Shown here piece by piece: positions 58,070 through 64,000 of a DNA stretch of 64,000 nucleotides. Source of the stretch: Felis catus (Eukaryota); assembly GCF_018350175.1 (NCBI RefSeq), contig NC_058368.1, positions 49,353,815 through 49,417,814 on the forward strand, read 5' to 3'. The translations under genes were made by a program, and so were the position numbers. Positions within the stretch are counted from its first letter, which is position 1, and the number at the start of each line of letters is the position of its first letter. The notes beneath the pieces were generated by a model. The model did no database searches. It worked only from the letters and a program-made list of their open reading frames with translations, and had not been told where the DNA came from.

Positions 58070-60230
58070 GAGTGAGTCTGTAGACTTTCTGCTAAATAAT
58101 CATTAAACTGGTGAAAATTACCAAAATACAGCTATTTACAAACTGCTGGAAATTGACCTAAGTTAGGTAATAAATTGAGAAGCATTTATTCAAATAAATT
58201 TACAGAAAATTAGTAAGGACAGTGTTCATCTATGGCATTTAAGCCAGAAACTGCTCCCATCCTCCATCCCCCACTTACTCTGCAGTTTTTCAAAAGGTTT
58301 ATTCTAGTTGGGCAGGGCCGCAAAAAGGCTGGCTCCCTTTTCCCTTCTCCCCCTCTCCTTCCTTCAGTTGTAAGGCAATAGTTTCACTCTGAAGAGTTCC
58401 CTTGTAGCCAACCCTAAGTTCTAGGTTTCCAAAGATGTACTCCAGAAGGGTACAACTAAGGAGATAATATCTCCCAACCCTACTCTACTTCACTTCTAGG
58501 GTAAAGGCTCTATCCTGGTCAGGCATGGCAAGCCAGGACAAAGAGACTTAGGGCTTTCTTTGCCTCTGCCTTACCCCTCCAACCCCAGCATCTGCTCATA
58601 AACAGAAGTTCCATGCCAGTTAGAATAACTCAAAAAAAAATGGGGACTCCCGTTCTTCCAAGCTTCCTCTTAGGGCAATAAAGTCACTCTGGGAGAAGCA
58701 GACCCTGTTCCATTCCCCTCCCCAGCACTGTACACACAACTTCTGCCTAGAGAGGAGGCAAGAGTTGAAGACTGGCAACTCCACGGGACTGGCTGACGGG
58801 GCTGACTTAATTTGGAACAGAGGGTATAGGAATCCCTGCATTCAAGCATACTCTGTCCAATAGAAATCATAGTAATATACAATTAGAGAAGTAAATGGAT
58901 ACTAGTAACATCAAACAAAACAGAAGATCCACCCACCAGAAGTTTGACAAAGAAGGACATAAGGGAAAAAAGACAACCCAAAAAAAAGGCCCTGATAAGA
59001 TCACACTCAATCCTAGCAGTCTGGAAGGTTGTACACATAAACTAGAGTACACCACTCTGAAGCAATTCAACTGTTAATCCGTGGCTATAAAAGCATGCAG
59101 ATTTGAAATCTTCCTGAAATGGGAAGAAGTCTTACTATCTCAGAAGGCTTAATCACAATCCTTAATTAGTCACTGGCTGAAGACTAACCTTTGTTGACCC
59201 AGGAACAACTCCTACAATTCCAAAATTGAAAATTAAGAAGCGAAAAAAATTCTAAGCACTGACATAAGAGTTTGCACACTTAAGAAGTAGACTTGGCAGA
59301 ATCAATTCAAGCAATCTACTAAACAAATAAATAGAACCAAGCAACAGTAACAAGTCCCATGATGAAAAATGATTAAGTGCAGACATTATATAGAATGTCT
59401 TATTACAAAAAAATTAGACATGAGAAAAACAGACAGTATGACTCATACAGAAGAAAAAACCAATCAGGCAATAGATAATAATTTTGAGGAATCCCATATA
59501 CTGGACTTAGACAAAGATTTCCAATGAGTTACTATAAATATATGTAAAGAACTAAAGGAAATCATTCCCCCAAAAAAAAAAGAAAGAAAAAGAAAAGAAA
59601 GAAAGAAAGAAAAGAAAGAAAAGAAAGAAAAGAAAGAAAAGAAAGAAAAGAAAGAAAAGAAAGAAAAGAAAGAAAAGAAAGAAAAGAAAGAAAAGAAAGA
59701 AAAGAAAGAAAAGAAAGAAAAGAAAGAAAGAGGAAAAAAAAGAAAATTAGGATTCAAATACACAGTAACAAACATATAGGAATTACCCAAAAAACAAGAC
59801 ATTCTGGAGTTGAGATGTACAATAACTGAAGTGAAACTTTAGTTTACTAAAGTGGACTCAGAAGTACGTTTGATGCAGAATAATGAATCTGAGAACTCAA
59901 AGGGGAAAAAACCTAGAGATTATCCAATGTGGACAAAAAAAAATGTAATAAAAGATGAACACAATCTCAGAAAACTTTGAGAAACCATTAAGATCAGTAG
60001 TATCTGCATAAATGAGTAGAACAGAAGGAGAAAACACAGGAAAACAAAGTTTAGAAAATCACTGAAAACTCTCCAAATATGATAAACATTTAACTACACA
60101 TCCAAAAATCAACTTGCTCCAAGCCAAATATACACAAAGAGATGCACATCTAGACAATCAAAATATTAACACCCAAAGACAACAAAAAGGTCTTGAAAGC
60201 AGGGGAAAATGGGCCACCACCTACAGTGAA
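58070..60230 (+). mobile_element. Old L1 5'UTR + ORF1 remnant (L1ME 5'-end-like)
   Basis: CTGGAAATTGACCTAAG...AAATTGAGAAGCATTTATTCAA...CTGCTCCCATCC, with ORF1 motifs ACTGGACTTAGACAAAGATTT and ATTCTGGAGTTGAGATGTACAATAACTGAA. Confidence 0.7.
59572..59746. repeat. Homopurine tract with ~13 copies of GAAAGAAAA
   Basis: Directly visible; contains only A and G. Confidence 0.97.
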
Positions 60231-60584
60231 GCTACACGTATTTACAGACACGAGTTCAAACATCAAAGTTGCTAATTTCAGAAAATAAGGCTTTTCAATG
60301 AGTTGTCAAAGTAGTGATTGTTCAGACTTTACAATGATAGTGCTTCTGCAAGAAATCGAGTCAGTAATTCAATTTTTTTTTTCAAAGTAAGCATCAAGGC
60401 TTAAAGATTTTTACAAAAAAGTTCCAAACAAACTTGAAGAACATGCTGAGCCAACCCCAAATACAACTCTTCCAGGGAAATGAAAAAGAGCCATTCCCTT
60501 ATTCACTCTATGAAACTAGTCTAACTTTATTTTCTACACGGAAATGTCCCTTATTTCTATTTCTGGTGAGTTTAAAAGGGCTTT

Positions 60585-60795
60585 GGGGTGCCAGCGTGGC
60601 TCAGTGGTTAAGCGTCCGACTCTTGGTTTTGACTCAGGTCATGATTTCACAGTTCATGAGTTCAAGCCCTGCATCAGGCTCTATGCTGACAGTGCGGAGC
60701 CCTGCTTGAGATTCTCTCTCCCCCTCTCGGTCTCTGCCCCTTCGCCACTTGTGCACTTGCTCTCTCTCAATCAATCAGTCAATCAATCAGTCAAC
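60585..60795 (+). mobile_element. Can-SINE with a (TCAA/TCAG)n tail
   Basis: Head GGGGTGCCAGCGTGGCTCAGTGGTTAAGCGTCCGACTCTTG. Confidence 0.93.
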
Positions 60796-60834
60796 AGGCT
60801 ATAGAGAAGATGTTTCAAGTCATCCAGGATACAA

Positions 60835-60975
60835 AGTTCCTCACCACTGGTCATCACTACTTTACCAATAGAAACTGAGGCACAGAGACCTAGGTCCACA
60901 TACCTTATAGTAGCAAAGTTACGATTTGTGATCTAGTTATCTGGTTCCAGAATTCATGCTCACATTCCTTACTAA
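60835..60975 (-). mobile_element. MIR SINE
   Basis: GAAACTGAGGCACAGAGA...TCTGGTTCCAGAATTCATGCTC. Confidence 0.72.
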
Positions 60976-61219
60976 ATAATATTTGGCATCCATCCTGTCA
61001 TAGAGTACATTCTAAGTGATGGGTTAAACTACTGAGGTGGCATTTATATTCAAGTAAGTTAGTCTATCCTAATCAATAGTGAGATATCTTGAATATACAG
61101 ATTCACACACAAAAAGATTTTGTTTTTCTAGTATTCTGTACTAAATTTATATTACATATGAAATTACTGACTTTGTGCATACATTATTAAAAGACTGTTC
61201 ATAAGAATTTGCTATGATA

Positions 61220-61505
61220 CTGGATTATTTGTTTTTCAGGCAGGAGGGGAGGGTGGGTGATGGGTATTGAAGAGGGCATCTTTTGGGATGAGCACTGGGT
61301 GTTGTATGGAAACCAATTTGACAATAAATTTCATGTATTAAAAAAAGGAAATATGTAAAATTCTTGATTTTACTTTGAATACAAAAACAAAAATTAAAAA
61401 ATAAATAATCATTGAACAGGTAACATTGCAAAGCATGATAATAATCTCATGAGTGAGAATTTTAGGAAATAAACAATTTATCTTTGCTGACAGTCAAAAA
61501 AAAAA
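61220..61505 (+). mobile_element. Short felid L1 insertion with 5' inversion and 3' transduction
   Basis: Perfect TSD AAGAATTTGCTATGATA at 61203-61219 and 61506-61522. Contains the L1 3'UTR end (61243-61346), non-L1 sequence (61347-61495), AATAAA at 61468 and poly(A) from 61496. Confidence 0.88.
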
Positions 61506-61558
61506 AAGAATTTGCTATGATAGAATAAAAATGATTTAAGAATTATAACTGAGTATCT

Positions 61559-61770
61559 GGGGCGCCTGGGTGGCTCAGTCAGTTGAACGTCTGACTTCAG
61601 CTCAGTTCATGATCTCGCGGTTTGTGGGTTCGAGCCCCGCGTTGGGCTCTGTGCTGACAGCTCAGAGCCTGGAGCCTGTGTCAGATTCTGTGTCTCCTCT
61701 CTCTGCCCCTCCCCCACTGGTGCTCTATCTCTGTCTCTCAAAAATAAATAAATGTAAAAAAATTTTTTTA
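61559..61770 (+). mobile_element. Can-SINE
   Basis: Perfect TSD AAGAATTATAACTGAGTA at 61538-61555 and 61771-61788. Confidence 0.97.
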
Positions 61771-62521
61771 AAGAATTATAACTGAGTAGCTTTACCAGTC
61801 CTATGCAATGTAAAAGCATTTACAATGATTGTCTTCCCTATGGCATTCATGCTGAGAAAAGATTCTGAAAGGAATCTGAGAGACTTTAATGTTGTCTTCA
61901 AGACCATCTTTAAGCTAAAACTAGTTGCTTATAATTATAATTTAATAAAACTACAAATACAGCTTTCAACTAAATTTTAGAATGGTGTTGGTTACCTACT
62001 GACCAAATGATACTCAAAGGTTTTCCTATTCAAAGAAGAGTGGTGTTGGCTCCCTTGATACTACTTCAAGTTCTCGTTGAAGCCACTAACTCTTAGGGCA
62101 TTTAAAACCCTTCATTTTCTTCTTTGCTATCCCTTCGCAAACTTGTGCCCACCTAGGGTAGAAACTCTTAGGTACTCTTCACTATATAAAGGACCTAGTC
62201 ACCAAAGATGGCATTTCATCAACTATAAGCCAAAATTCTGGGATCTTTGGTCATTTTTACTATGCTGTCTCAGTGTACTTCTACAAGCTCATGGTCACAT
62301 AATGTCTTTTTCAGATTTTATGTTATCTTTAAATGTAGCTAGGACAGACAAAAGACACAAGTAGATAGTTTGTAAAAGAATTAAGACTAAGAAATACCCT
62401 AATTTTTTTCCCTAATTTTTTGCCCTACCAGTAATCAAATTGAAAGAATGAGATACCATTTTGTGAGTATTTAACTGGCCAAAATTTTAAGTTATAGCAA
62501 TGCTTATCAGGAGGCAAAATA

Positions 62522-62633
62522 ATATAGAAGTTAGAATGGAGACTCTGTAGCCTTATTGGTCTGTATTTGAATTTTCAACCCATCATGTGCCAGTTTTTAT
62601 TTAAAATCATTAAGTATTTAAATCTTAGTTTCC
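62522..62633 (+). mobile_element. MIR fragment cut by the downstream L1
   Basis: GGAGACTCTGTAGCC...TTTGAAT...TCTTAGTTTCCT. Confidence 0.55.
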
Positions 62634-64000
62634 TATGATGTTTAAGTATGTTCCTTCTATCCTGACTTTAAGGGCTTTCATCAAGAAAGGATGCTGTATT
62701 GTGTCAAATGCTTTTTCTGCATCATAGAAGCCATTTATGAAAAGCCCACAGCTAATATCACCCTCAATGGGGAAAAACTGAGAGCTTTCCCTCTGAGATC
62801 AGGAACATGACAGGGATGTCCACTCTCACAGTTGTTGTTTAACATAGTGTTGGAATTTCTAGCATCAGCAATCAGACAACAAAATGAAATAAGAGGCATC
62901 AAAATTGGCAAAGATGAAGTCAAACTTTCACTTTTCACAGACGACATGATACTCTAGATGGAAAACCTGACAGACTCCACTAAAAGTCTGAGAGAATTGA
63001 TATCTGAATTTGGCAAAGTCGCAGGGTACAAAATTAATGTAAATAAATCAGTTGCATTTTGTACACCAATAATGAAGCAACAGGAAGAGAAATAAAGAAA
63101 TTGATCCCATTCACAATTGCAACAAGAACCATAAAATACCTAGGAATAAACCTAACCAAAGAGGTAAAAGATCTGTATGCTGAAAACTATAGAAAGCTTC
63201 TGAAGGAAATTGAAGAAGACACAAAAAAATGGAAAAATATTCCATACTCATGGATTGGAAGAATAAGTATTGTTAAAATGTCAATACTACCTAAAGCAAT
63301 CGACACATTCAATGCAATCCCAATCAAAATTGCACCATCATTCTTCTTAAAGCTAGAACAAACAATCCTAAAATTTGTATGGAACCACAAAAGACCCCGA
63401 ATAGCCAAAGTAATGTTGAAAAAGAAAACCAAACTGGGAGGCACCGCAATCCCAGACTTTAGCCTCTACTACAAAGCTATAATCATCAAGACAGTGTGGT
63501 ATTGGCATAAAAATGGACACATAGACCAATGGAATAGAATAGAGACTCCAGAAGTTGACCCACAAATGTATGGCCAACCAATCTTTGACAAAGCAGGAAA
63601 GAATATACAGTGGAAACAAGACAGTCTCTTTTAACAAATGGTGCTGGGAGAACTGGACAGCAACATGCAGAAGAATGAAACTAGACCACTTTCTTACACC
63701 ATACACACAAATAAACTCAAAATGGATAAAGGACCTGAATGTGAGACAGGAAACCATCAAAACCCTAGAGGAGAAAGCAGGAAAAGACCTTTCTGACCTC
63801 AGCCACAGCAATTTCTTACTTGACACATCTCCAAAGGCAAGGGAATTAAACACAAAAATGAATTATTGGGACCTCGTGAAGATAAAAAGCTTCTGCACTG
63901 CAAAGGAAACAATCAACAAAACTAAAAGGCAACCAACAGAATGGGAAAAGATATTTGCAAATGACCTATCAGAAAAAGGGCTAGTATCCAAAATCTATAA
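62634..64000 (+). mobile_element. Relatively young felid L1 ORF2, 5'-inverted, running off the window end
   Basis: Antisense ORF2 at 62634-62723, then sense ORF2: SGT*QGCPLS, FTDDMIL* (RT catalytic motif mutated, followed by a stop) and ORF 63059-63634 ([27 protein letters not shown]...). Inactive. Confidence 0.95.

Noticed and set aside
63059..63634. Longest ORF (191 aa) as a host gene
   Set aside because: It is an L1 ORF2 fragment bounded by stops, and the upstream RT motif is mutated and followed by a stop codon.
1..64000. A novel gene-encoded biological system
   Set aside because: There is no intact non-transposon ORF, CpG island, convincing exon chain or RNA gene. The unusual structure I found is explained by retrotransposition, DNA repair scars and possible enhancers.

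Overview
This is mammalian nuclear DNA, almost certainly from a cat-family (Felidae) genome, judged by the many carnivore tRNA-derived SINEs including young felid-type copies and felid-type L1 3' ends. It is AT-rich, has no CpG island, and contains no protein-coding gene, RNA gene or prokaryotic system that I can recognise. The meaningful ORFs in the track are decayed LINE-1 fragments, and the rest are SINE, microsatellite or chance ORFs. Roughly two thirds of the window is layered transposon debris: L1 of many ages (including a near full-length carnivore L1 at ~49.4-56.0 kb), L2, MIR, HAL1, MaLR/ERVL LTRs, hAT DNA-transposon fossils and about 25 SINEs. The gaps are non-repetitive, and some look enhancer-like. 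The most interesting signals are mechanistic. (i) A 286-bp L1 insertion with a perfect 17-bp TSD appears both 5'-inverted and 3'-transducing (61.2-61.5 kb). (ii) A second L1 3' transduction splits an MLT1 LTR (30.9-32.4 kb). (iii) There is a candidate orphan transduction (28.5-28.7 kb). (iv) There are several templated or fold-back insertions. (v) A paired TFAP2-type motif recurs in two non-repeat segments. I found no evidence of a novel gene system. Repeat subfamily names are recalled from consensus sequences, not from a search, and boundaries of old repeats are approximate.
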